From NCBI GenBank assembly GCA_965226555.1, contig CBDDDG010000025.1, positions 1 through 44,928 of the forward strand: a stretch of 44,928 nucleotides of DNA, read 5' to 3'. Below the pieces are notes generated by a model, which saw only the letters and a program-made list of their open reading frames with translations, was not told the origin of the DNA and ran no database searches. A program made the position numbers and the translations under genes. Below, piece by piece: positions 37,012 to 44,928 of the stretch. The stretch's first letter is position 1; each line of letters begins with the position of its first letter. Source of the DNA: Salinispira sp. (lineage in GTDB: Bacteria > Spirochaetota > Spirochaetia > DSM-27196 > Salinispiraceae).

Positions 37012-39656
37012 TGATGAAGCCACCGAAGGGTTCCGGCGGGAAGAAGTATGATGTTGTTCTTGAGCTGGAAAATTGTATTGCGAAGACTGTTAAAGATAAA
37101 GACGACAATACGGTTCTGGGTATTGATGTTTACACACATTGCCTCATTGTCGGCCTTATTGCGCGGGAGCTCATTCAGAATTTACCAGCGAAATTGCGGG
37201 AGGAATTTTTTCCGGTCGGCGCCGAGCTTATTGCGGCGAGTCATGATATTGGAAAAATTTGCCCGCATTTTCAGGAAAAAATTTATCGCAGCCGTCCTCA
37301 ATACACCAAGAACAGTCAGTCCGGTTTGGAAGATGCCGATCCATCTTTTGAGAAACAGTTAGGATACCATTCAGGAGTCGGTCAATCGGCGCTCGATGGA
37401 CTGGATGGACTGGGAAAGTACATTCCTCAAATTGTTGGCGCGCATCATGGAAGATCAATAGACTGCCGGCATATCAAAGATTCCAATGCCGAAATACTCG
37501 GAGGACGGAAATGGCAACAGCAAAGGCTGAAGCTGGTGGAACTGCTGAAAACAGAGCTGAAGGCTAATTGGCCCGTCATCAATTCTGACTTACAGGCCAG
37601 GCTTATTACTGGTCTGACAATAGTTTCAGACTGGATTGGCAGTAATTCTCATTTTGAATTTACCCACAATAATAAGCCCGCAATTCACAGTCTGGCAACA
37701 CGAGTGCAGAATGCTCTTACAAACGGAGGACTCAAGCGCCCAAAAATACAGCGGGAACAGACCTTTCAATCGTTATTTCATTCCTACAATCCCTATCCCG
37801 TACAGGAAGAATTTATTAGCCGCGTGAATGGGCCCGGACTGTACATACTTGAGGATCAAATGGGACGGGGCAAAACGGAGGCTGCTCTTCTCGCGGCCTA
37901 TAATATGATGGATCGGGGAATTGCATGTGGAATATATTTTGCCCTGCCGACGACCCTCACATCTGAAAAAATGTATGACCGCTTCAATGAGTTCACCGAC
38001 AAAATATTAGACTATGCTGAAAAACATCGCGCATTAGTGGCGCACGGCAAAGCATGGCGCTATGACCACGATTGGGGAGAGGATGCCCGTCCGGGGCATT
38101 CATGGTTTGCTCCGCGCAAACGGGCATTGCTGGCGCCTTTTGCTGTCGGAACTATTGATCAGGCTCTTATGTCCGTACTCAACGTCAAGCATTCTTCGCT
38201 GCGATTATTCGGTTTGAGCACCAAGGTCGTTATTCTCGATGAGGTACATACCTACGATGCCTACACCGGCACCCTGCTGGATACACTTATTTCATCATTA
38301 TATAAGTTGGGCTGCGTTGTTATTGTGCTGAGCGCCACACTTCAGAATGATCGGAAAAAGGAAATTTTTGCGCAATGCAGAGGTGATGCCGACAATACCG
38401 CAGACATCTCGATTCCTGATCATTATCCGCAAATATCTTCGCTGCCGCTGAAGGTCCCTCTTAGTTTTTCGCCGCCGTATGAACAGGATGAAACGGAGCA
38501 GAGGAGCGTAGCAGTTCACAGCCATGTTTCCGATGCCGATGCCCTGAATGAGGCCCTCGACAGGGCCCTGCGCGGGGACTATGTGCTCTGGATTGAGAAT
38601 ACGGTTAGGGAAGCCCAGGAAATATACAGGGTTCTGGGGGCGCGTGGGCGGGAAAATGGTGTGGAGATCGGGCTCCTCCATTCGCGTTTTACCGCGTTGG
38701 ATCGGGAAAAACGTGAGAAACACTGGGTCAATAAATTGGGAAAGGGCAGGGACGAATATACTCCCGGTGTGGGTTGTATTCTCATTGGAACGCAGGTTCT
38801 CGAACAGTCGCTCGATATTGATGCCGATTTTCTCGTCACGCGGCTGGCTCCGAGCGATATGCTCCTGCAGCGGACGGGGCGCTTGTGGAGGCATACAGTG
38901 AATAACGCGCTCCGTCATGCACATGCCCGACCGGATCTGTATGTTCTTATGCCGTCTCCCGATAATCTCCTGCAAGAACTGCAAGCGGGCAGGTTCCTTA
39001 CCGGCAAAGTTTATGCCCCCTATGTACTGCTCAGAACATGCGAGGTCTGGCAGAACATTACTGAACTCACCCTCCCCGGGAACATTAGAGAAATTATCAA
39101 TAAAACATATAAAGATCGACAGGAAACAGAACCCCTGCAACAGACCCTGCTCAAAGACCTGCGCGATGAAAAAGAAAAACTACAGAGGTTTGCGCGTCTG
39201 GGAACGGCAACGGCAGGCCATACACAGAATGATAACGATACCGTCCCAACCCGTTATTCAGAGCAGCAAACAGTTGAGGTACTGTTACTGAAAAACTATG
39301 CGGCGAATGCGCAGTCGCGTGTACTCACATTTCCGGATAATACAAAGCTGACAATATCAGCAGGCAGAAAAGCAACTCCGGCAGAGCGAAGGGAGACCGC
39401 AAAAATACTTTATCGGCATATACTTTCGGTGCCCGAATATCAGGCTCCCGAACGCTACAGCAGAAATGAACTAAATTGGCTAAGTCCCTATCTGTATCTT
39501 GGCGATAAAATGCAGGCAGAAGTGGCGCTTGCAATTATCGGCGAAAGTGGTATACTACACGGTTTGAGAGGTGAAGAGATGAGCGATGCTCAAACATTAC
39601 GGTACAATGACACTGGATATGTTGCTGAAAAACATGATAAGAGATATATGCTATGA
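37011..39656 (+). CDS. cas3: CRISPR-associated helicase/nuclease Cas3
   Basis: HD domain (HDIGK, HHG, SDWIGS); MGRGKTEA; DEVH; SAT; QRTGRLWRH. Confidence 0.97.
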   Translation: MMKPPKGSGGKKYDVVLELENCIAKTVKDKDDNTVLGIDVYTHCLIVGLIARELIQNLPAKLREEFFPVGAELIAASHDIGKICPHFQEKIYRSRPQYTKNSQSGLEDADPSFEKQLGYHSGVGQSALDGLDGLGKYIPQIVGAHHGRSIDCRHIKDSNAEILGGRKWQQQRLKLVELLKTELKANWPVINSDLQARLITGLTIVSDWIGSNSHFEFTHNNKPAIHSLATRVQNALTNGGLKRPKIQREQTFQSLFHSYNPYPVQEEFISRVNGPGLYILEDQMGRGKTEAALLAAYNMMDRGIACGIYFALPTTLTSEKMYDRFNEFTDKILDYAEKHRALVAHGKAWRYDHDWGEDARPGHSWFAPRKRALLAPFAVGTIDQALMSVLNVKHSSLRLFGLSTKVVILDEVHTYDAYTGTLLDTLISSLYKLGCVVIVLSATLQNDRKKEIFAQCRGDADNTADISIPDHYPQISSLPLKVPLSFSPPYEQDETEQRSVAVHSHVSDADALNEALDRALRGDYVLWIENTVREAQEIYRVLGARGRENGVEIGLLHSRFTALDREKREKHWVNKLGKGRDEYTPGVGCILIGTQVLEQSLDIDADFLVTRLAPSDMLLQRTGRLWRHTVNNALRHAHARPDLYVLMPSPDNLLQELQAGRFLTGKVYAPYVLLRTCEVWQNITELTLPGNIREIINKTYKDRQETEPLQQTLLKDLRDEKEKLQRFARLGTATAGHTQNDNDTVPTRYSEQQTVEVLLLKNYAANAQSRVLTFPDNTKLTISAGRKATPAERRETAKILYRHILSVPEYQAPERYSRNELNWLSPYLYLGDKMQAEVALAIIGESGILHGLRGEEMSDAQTLRYNDTGYVAEKHDKRYML

Positions 39657-41161
39657 ACCGGTTTAATCTTGTTGATGAAGAGTGGATACCTATTGTTGAT
39701 AACCAGCGAATAAGCTTGCGGACTCTGTTTTCAAATTCTCAATACCGTTCGCTGGGTGGAAACTGTCTTCAAATAATTTCGGTACTCAAATTTCTCCTTG
39801 CCATTGCGCAACGGGCCTGTACGCCGGCAGATGATGATGAATGGAATGAGCTTTTTCACGCAGACAGTCTCTACAAAAAATGTCTTGAATATCTTGAAGC
39901 GCATAAAGACGACTTCTGGCTCTACGGGGACAGGCCCTTCCTCCAAATGCCCGCTATTGCGCATGCGAAACGACAGAACTACGGAGCATTAACACCAGAA
40001 TATTCCACAGGAAATACAACAGTGCTCTTCGAATCTCAGGTTGAGCCTTCTTTTTCCGATGCGGAAAAAATTCTTCTCATGTTGCAGGACTGTTCCTTTG
40101 CATTGTCTGGAAAAAAAGTTGATTTAGTTGTTTTGTCGCCAAGCTATTCAAAGAAAACAGCTTCGGGAAAGTTTGGATCAAGTCTTGGTTATTTGGGATA
40201 CTTACATAGTTTTTATTGGGGAAGTACAATTCATGATACCCTCTACATGAATCTCCTCACCGAAGAGGATGTTCGAAACACCGGGCTGTTTCAGGAAATT
40301 GGAATACCCTTATGGGAAAACATGCCCACGGGCGAGGATGATGCTGTTGCCCGCGCGCTGGGAAATTCATACATTGGACGGCTTGTGCCTTTTTCCCGCA
40401 TCATGTTTATTGCCGATGATCAACAACTGCATTATGCCGAAGGTCGTATATACGACCACGTGAAGGACGGGCAGTGGGATCCATCAGTTTCTGTAATTGA
40501 TAAAGACGGAAAAGATCGAAAGTCTCTCTGGGTTGATCCGGCAAAACGTCCGTGGAGGAATTTACCTGCGCTACTGGGCTTTCTGGGAACAGATTCACAG
40601 TGCGAAACGTACCAACTAAAATTACCATATAAGCGAATTAGAAAGGCCTTTGAAACAATCGGTATATATACCGGAGGAATTCGGATAAGCAGTCAATCCG
40701 GTGAACAATTTTTTCAAAAAACTGATGATTATCTGGAGTCAGTATTTTATCTACAATCTTCTTGGCTTAACGAAGACTGGTATGCTGTTCTCAGTGAGGA
40801 AATGGAGAATCTGGATAAAAAATCTCGTTTTTTGTGGGGGAGAATTTCAGGCTATTATACTGATATGAAGGTTTCAAAATCTGACAGACTGCTCATTGTC
40901 AATCGGGCAGTCGGAAAATTCTGGGAATTATGCGAAAAACAATTCACCGAACTTGTTCAGACCTGCTATGAAGATGCCTATGGTAAAGACAAAAATGCAC
41001 GTGAGATGGTACGAAAAAAATTTTATCGGTATTTTTATCAGACTTATGATAATGCCTGCCCGCATAATACACCGCACCAGATGGAGGTATGGGCAAAGAA
41101 TCGTCCGCGCAATTATCTATCGGAGAAAAATACAAAAACAAAGGAGATAGATAGTGAGTGA
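39653..41161 (+). CDS. cse1: type I-E Cascade large subunit Cse1/CasA (Cas8e)
   Basis: FNLVDEEWIP; F.LYGDRPFLQMP; position after cas3. Confidence 0.92.
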   Translation: MNRFNLVDEEWIPIVDNQRISLRTLFSNSQYRSLGGNCLQIISVLKFLLAIAQRACTPADDDEWNELFHADSLYKKCLEYLEAHKDDFWLYGDRPFLQMPAIAHAKRQNYGALTPEYSTGNTTVLFESQVEPSFSDAEKILLMLQDCSFALSGKKVDLVVLSPSYSKKTASGKFGSSLGYLGYLHSFYWGSTIHDTLYMNLLTEEDVRNTGLFQEIGIPLWENMPTGEDDAVARALGNSYIGRLVPFSRIMFIADDQQLHYAEGRIYDHVKDGQWDPSVSVIDKDGKDRKSLWVDPAKRPWRNLPALLGFLGTDSQCETYQLKLPYKRIRKAFETIGIYTGGIRISSQSGEQFFQKTDDYLESVFYLQSSWLNEDWYAVLSEEMENLDKKSRFLWGRISGYYTDMKVSKSDRLLIVNRAVGKFWELCEKQFTELVQTCYEDAYGKDKNAREMVRKKFYRYFYQTYDNACPHNTPHQMEVWAKNRPRNYLSEKNTKTKEIDSE

Positions 41162-41678
41162 AAAAAGTACAAAATATGTTGATGCTGTTATCGTAGCAGT
41201 AAACAGAGATACTACCGCTCTTCGGGCCAAACTCAGCAGGGCCGATAACAATTCAACCGAGTATGGGGCATGGCCCTTTCTGTCTCGCTGGGTTGATCTT
41301 GATAAGAGCAGCGACAAGAGGCGTTCCTACGCGCTGGTCGCTGCCGCCATTGCGCGGGTGCGCCCGGCCCCGGAGAAAAACGGAGACACCCCTTTGGGAA
41401 GGGCATTGCTGTTTGTTTCCTCCGATTCGGCGCAGGAAGATACGCCACCGGAAGCACGCGAATCTGCCCGGCTGCGGCGGATACTCGCCTGCCAGAGTAC
41501 ATCGGAACTTATTGATGTATTACGGCCCATACTCCGCTTTCTGGGGGCAAAGGGGGTGGGGTTGGATTACGTGCGGTTGTTAGATGATATTGTCTATTTT
41601 TACGATGATAATAGCCGTGAACGCTCAAAGTCCCGCTGGGCGCAGGAATTTTATTCTTACCGGGGCGATGATCAATGA
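41154..41678 (+). CDS. cse2: type I-E small subunit Cse2/CasB (Cas11)
   Basis: RAKLSRAD, ARLRRILAC, LDYVRLLDDI, RWAQEFY. Confidence 0.92.
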   Translation: MSEKSTKYVDAVIVAVNRDTTALRAKLSRADNNSTEYGAWPFLSRWVDLDKSSDKRRSYALVAAAIARVRPAPEKNGDTPLGRALLFVSSDSAQEDTPPEARESARLRRILACQSTSELIDVLRPILRFLGAKGVGLDYVRLLDDIVYFYDDNSRERSKSRWAQEFYSYRGDDQ

Positions 41679-42274
41679 TTGCATCTATACTCACGCTTAC
41701 CCGCAAAGACATACAGGAGCTCAGGAGAAGGAATAAAACAGTCGATGCCTATACCATTCACAAGGTCATATACAGCTTGTTTCCCGGCGCAGTCCGGAAT
41801 TTTCTGTATTGCGACCAAGGGGGGAACATTCATGCGCGGAACATTCTCATTATCTCCGAGACAATGCCGCAGACACCGGAATCCGAAACTATTGAAATTA
41901 AAAGTAAGGAAATTCCCGAAAGTTTTCTCAATTATACGCTCTATGCCTTTCAGGTGAAGCTGAACCCGGTAACTTCTCAGTCACGGAAGAAAAACAGGAG
42001 AGCAGTTATTGGACAGGCAGAACTTCGGAAATGGTTTCTTGCAGAAACGAAGAAGTGGGGCTTTGAGGTTTCCGGCGCGAATCTGGAAATAAGCGGCACG
42101 GGTGTGGAAAACATAGAGAAGACGGAGCGGACAATAACATATAACACTGCGGTTTTCAAAGGAGTCCTGCGGGTTACAGACCCCGATCGTTTCAGGGCTT
42201 CCTTTCGCGGGGGACTGGGGAGAGGCAGGGCCTTTGGCTACGGGCTGCTTCAGATAAGACCATTGTTTGAATAG
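41675..42274 (+). CDS. cas6e: Cas6e/Cse3 crRNA endonuclease
   Basis: DAYTIHK..YSLF; G-loop GLGRGRAFGYGLL. Confidence 0.95.
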   Translation: MIASILTLTRKDIQELRRRNKTVDAYTIHKVIYSLFPGAVRNFLYCDQGGNIHARNILIISETMPQTPESETIEIKSKEIPESFLNYTLYAFQVKLNPVTSQSRKKNRRAVIGQAELRKWFLAETKKWGFEVSGANLEISGTGVENIEKTERTITYNTAVFKGVLRVTDPDRFRASFRGGLGRGRAFGYGLLQIRPLFE

Positions 42275-42279
42275 TAATA

Positions 42280-42333
42280 CAAAGTTTTGCATTGGAAAAT
42301 TGTGCTTGCACAATTTCCAGTAGCAAAAGTTTC
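42280..42333. repeat. 54-bp palindromic MITE/REP-like element, copy 3 (between cas6e and cas7)
   Basis: CAAAGTTTTGC...GCAAAAGTTTC with TA both sides. Confidence 0.85.
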
Positions 42334-42375
42334 TAATAGAAACTTGAAAATAACCTGAAATAAAGGAGTGTAGGA

Positions 42376-43464
42376 ATGGATAACAATACATACAGGGGAA
42401 CGAAGCTCGAATTTCATATTATTCAGAGCTTTCCTGTGACATGTCTCAATAGAGACGACGTCGGATCGCCAAAAACAGCAATTGTCGGCGGTGTAACCCG
42501 CGCGAGGGTAAGCAGTCAGTGCTGGAAGCGGCAGATTAGAATGAAAATGCGTGAACTCGGTGTCCGCTGCGCCGTTCGAACCAAGAATGTTGAGCAGAAA
42601 ATTGCGGAGCACTGTGTAAAGCGCGGAATGAGTGAAGATGACGCGCTCGCTGTCTCGAAAGACATAGCCAAGATAATTAGTGATAATACACTTCATTTTT
42701 TTACGGAGAGTGAGGCAGATGCTCTCGCAGCATATGCCTGTGAAATGCATGATCAACAGAAGAAAATAGATGCGAAAAAAGACGCAAAAGAGGTCTTAAA
42801 AATTCATAAAGAACATTTTGACCCTGCCGTTGACGGCTTCGACATTGCCCTGTTCGGACGCATGGTAGCAAAGGCAAAAACAGACAAGATCGACCTAGAT
42901 ATTGAGGCTGCTGCCGCCTTTTCTCATGCCATAACAACACATAAGGCAAGTAACGAGGTGGAATTCTTTACCGCCATTGACGATTTTCCATCTGAAAATG
43001 ACACCGGCTCAAGCCATTTGGGCAGTCTTGAGTTTAACTCGGGCACCTATTATCGCTATGTGAGTGTTAACATCGGACAGCTCTATGAAACATTGATGGG
43101 CGCAGATGACGCAATGATTAAGGGACTGGAATCCTTCATGAAGGCCCTGTATCTTGCCGTGCCAATTGCCCGGCAGGCAACGCAGGCCGGTTTTTCTCCA
43201 TGGGATTACGCGCGGGTGTATGTCCGAACCGGTCAGCAACTTCAGGCATCATTCGATGAACCAGTCAAAACTCCGCGCAGGGAAGGAGGCGGGTATTCAA
43301 AACCGAGTATAGATGCTCTTGAAACATTTCTCAAAGAAAAGGAAGACCAAAGCGGTTCCCTGTTCGGGAAAATTGCTGAGTTTGAGATAGGGAGGGCTGA
43401 GAATTACAGTATTGATACCCTCATAGCAGATGTGCGCCGGACGCTTGAAGGCTTACCCGAATGA
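42376..43464 (+). CDS. cas7: Cas7/Cse4 backbone subunit
   Basis: HIIQSFPVTCLNRDDVGSPKT..GG..RARVSSQCWKR; DIALFGRM. Confidence 0.97.
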   Translation: MDNNTYRGTKLEFHIIQSFPVTCLNRDDVGSPKTAIVGGVTRARVSSQCWKRQIRMKMRELGVRCAVRTKNVEQKIAEHCVKRGMSEDDALAVSKDIAKIISDNTLHFFTESEADALAAYACEMHDQQKKIDAKKDAKEVLKIHKEHFDPAVDGFDIALFGRMVAKAKTDKIDLDIEAAAAFSHAITTHKASNEVEFFTAIDDFPSENDTGSSHLGSLEFNSGTYYRYVSVNIGQLYETLMGADDAMIKGLESFMKALYLAVPIARQATQAGFSPWDYARVYVRTGQQLQASFDEPVKTPRREGGGYSKPSIDALETFLKEKEDQSGSLFGKIAEFEIGRAENYSIDTLIADVRRTLEGLPE

Positions 43465-44165
43465 ATGCCCCCTGTGTACTCCTCTGGCTGGAGGGACCCC
43501 TTCAGGCATGGGGTCACAATTCCCGATTCTGGAACAGGGACACTCTTCCATTTCCTGCGAAGTCGGGAATATATGGACTGCTTTTGTCGGCAATGGGAAA
43601 GTCTGGAGAACAAGAGGAATTTCTCGCGGAGCTTGCTCCCTGTGAACAGGAGGTAATTTCTTACACGGCAGAAAAAATTGATTTTCGGCTCATCCTTGAA
43701 GATTTTCAGACAGTCGGAACTGGTTACGATGAAAAAGATAAAAACTGGGAAAAATTCCATATACCGAAAACATCTGAAGGCAAGTCGGCAGTTGGAGGCG
43801 GCTCAAAATTAACACATCGATACTATATTCAAGATGGAAAATTTGCCGTTATACAGGACATTCCTGCCAAATATATTGATGCAGTGAAACAGGCTTTAGA
43901 AAAGCCGATATTCGACACATTCCTTGGGCGGAAAAACTGCCCCCCGAGCGACTTTGTCTTTCGCGGTACATTTTCTACTCGCGATGAAGCGCGCAAAGAG
44001 GCAGGTACTATCGCGTCAGATAAGAAGCTCAGGGAAGAGTTCCGTGTCAGGGAGGGGGAGTATCAGAATGACGGAGAGGTACGTGTTTTGAACGATATTC
44101 CGTTACAATTTGGTTCATGGAAAAAATATCGCGACCGCGTTGTTACCGTCATCAATTCAGAATAA
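43461..44165 (+). CDS. cas5: Cas5e/CasD
   Basis: LWLEGPLQAWG..SRF..RDT..FP.KSG; LGRKNCPP. Confidence 0.95.
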   Translation: MNAPCVLLWLEGPLQAWGHNSRFWNRDTLPFPAKSGIYGLLLSAMGKSGEQEEFLAELAPCEQEVISYTAEKIDFRLILEDFQTVGTGYDEKDKNWEKFHIPKTSEGKSAVGGGSKLTHRYYIQDGKFAVIQDIPAKYIDAVKQALEKPIFDTFLGRKNCPPSDFVFRGTFSTRDEARKEAGTIASDKKLREEFRVREGEYQNDGEVRVLNDIPLQFGSWKKYRDRVVTVINSE

Positions 44166-44184
44166 TCAGTTGGATCAGAAAACG

Positions 44185-44928
44185 ATGAAGCAGCGGCTGT
44201 TCATTAAGATACAGCGAAATACGCTCCCACAGGTAAAAGATAAATATCCGTTCATCTATCTTGAGCGAGGCAGACTGGAGATTGATGACAGCAGTGTTAA
44301 GTGGATAGACAGCGAGGGAAATGTTGTCCGTCTTCCTGTCGCAACAATTCACACAATACTCCTGGGCCCCGGAACAAGCGTTACGCATGAAGCGGTTAAG
44401 GTAATGGCCGCATCAAACTGTACTGTCTGCTGGGTCGGAGAAGACAGCATGCTCTTTTATGCTGTCGGCCAAAGCCCCACCAGTAACACAAGGAACATGA
44501 GGATGCAGATGAATCTGACATCTGACAAAAGAAAACGGGTCGAGGTGGCGCGGAGATTATTTTCCTTCCGCTTCCCGCATATTGATGTGCAGAGATGTAC
44601 TCTCCAGGAGCTTATTGGTCTGGAAGGCAGACGGGTACGGGCCCTGTATGAAGAAAAAGCGCAGCAGTATGAGGTTGGCTGGAAGGGACGGTCATACATT
44701 CCGGGAAAATTTGAATTCAGTGATATTACGAACAAAATACTTACATCATTAAACGCGGCTCTCTATGGAATTGTGACTTCGGCAATATACAGCATGGGCT
44801 ATTCTCCTCATATTGGTTTTATTCATTCGGGGAGTCCACTTCCCTTTGTGTATGATATGGCCGATTTATATAAGGATGATCTCTGCATAGATCTCGCATT
44901 CAAGCTCACCAGAGAAATGGGCGGTACA
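44185..44928 (+). CDS. cas1: type I-E Cas1, truncated by window end
   Basis: Manual translation MKQRLFIKIQRNTLPQVKDKYPFIYLERGRLEIDDSS...LLGPGTSVTHEAV...WVGE...GYSPHIGFIHSG. Confidence 0.95.
   Translation, partial: MKQRLFIKIQRNTLPQVKDKYPFIYLERGRLEIDDSSVKWIDSEGNVVRLPVATIHTILLGPGTSVTHEAVKVMAASNCTVCWVGEDSMLFYAVGQSPTSNTRNMRMQMNLTSDKRKRVEVARRLFSFRFPHIDVQRCTLQELIGLEGRRVRALYEEKAQQYEVGWKGRSYIPGKFEFSDITNKILTSLNAALYGIVTSAIYSMGYSPHIGFIHSGSPLPFVYDMADLYKDDLCIDLAFKLTREMGGT

Noticed and set aside
37011..44928. cas6e placed before cas7 as a novelty
   Set aside because: cse1-cse2-cas6e-cas7-cas5 is a known type I-E gene-order variant

Overview
A 45-kb bacterial accessory/defence region. The lipoprotein, ankyrin, Rpn and cas-order profile hints at a host-associated spirochaete, but that is inference only. 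Left part: a partial MFS gene, a frameshifted D-2-hydroxyacid dehydrogenase, an orphan Panacea (DUF4065) gene, a TIGR04255-like pair, a VOC gene and an Rpn nuclease. Next is a minus-strand defence island, in transcription order: internally deleted darT, a NADAR antitoxin fused in frame to a Type III Mod, a GHKL ATPase-nuclease, Type III Res, a Type ISP-like nuclease-helicase-methylase and a KAP NTPase. Then come a tandemly duplicated ankyrin gene and two copies of a [lipoprotein + rpn] module flanking a heterodimeric ABC exporter. Both lipoprotein genes carry 13-bp tandem repeats in the signal-peptide region: 12 copies (in frame) and 7 copies (out of frame). An IS481-like element with a 15-bp target duplication follows. 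Finally a long MinD/ParA-type NTPase is coupled to a type I-E cas operon (cas3-cse1-cse2-cas6e-cas7-cas5-cas1, cut by the window end; no array visible). A 54-bp TA-flanked palindromic element, a reused promoter cassette and several 5' gene stubs are scattered through the intergenic DNA. All family calls come from motif recognition by eye; no database searches were run.
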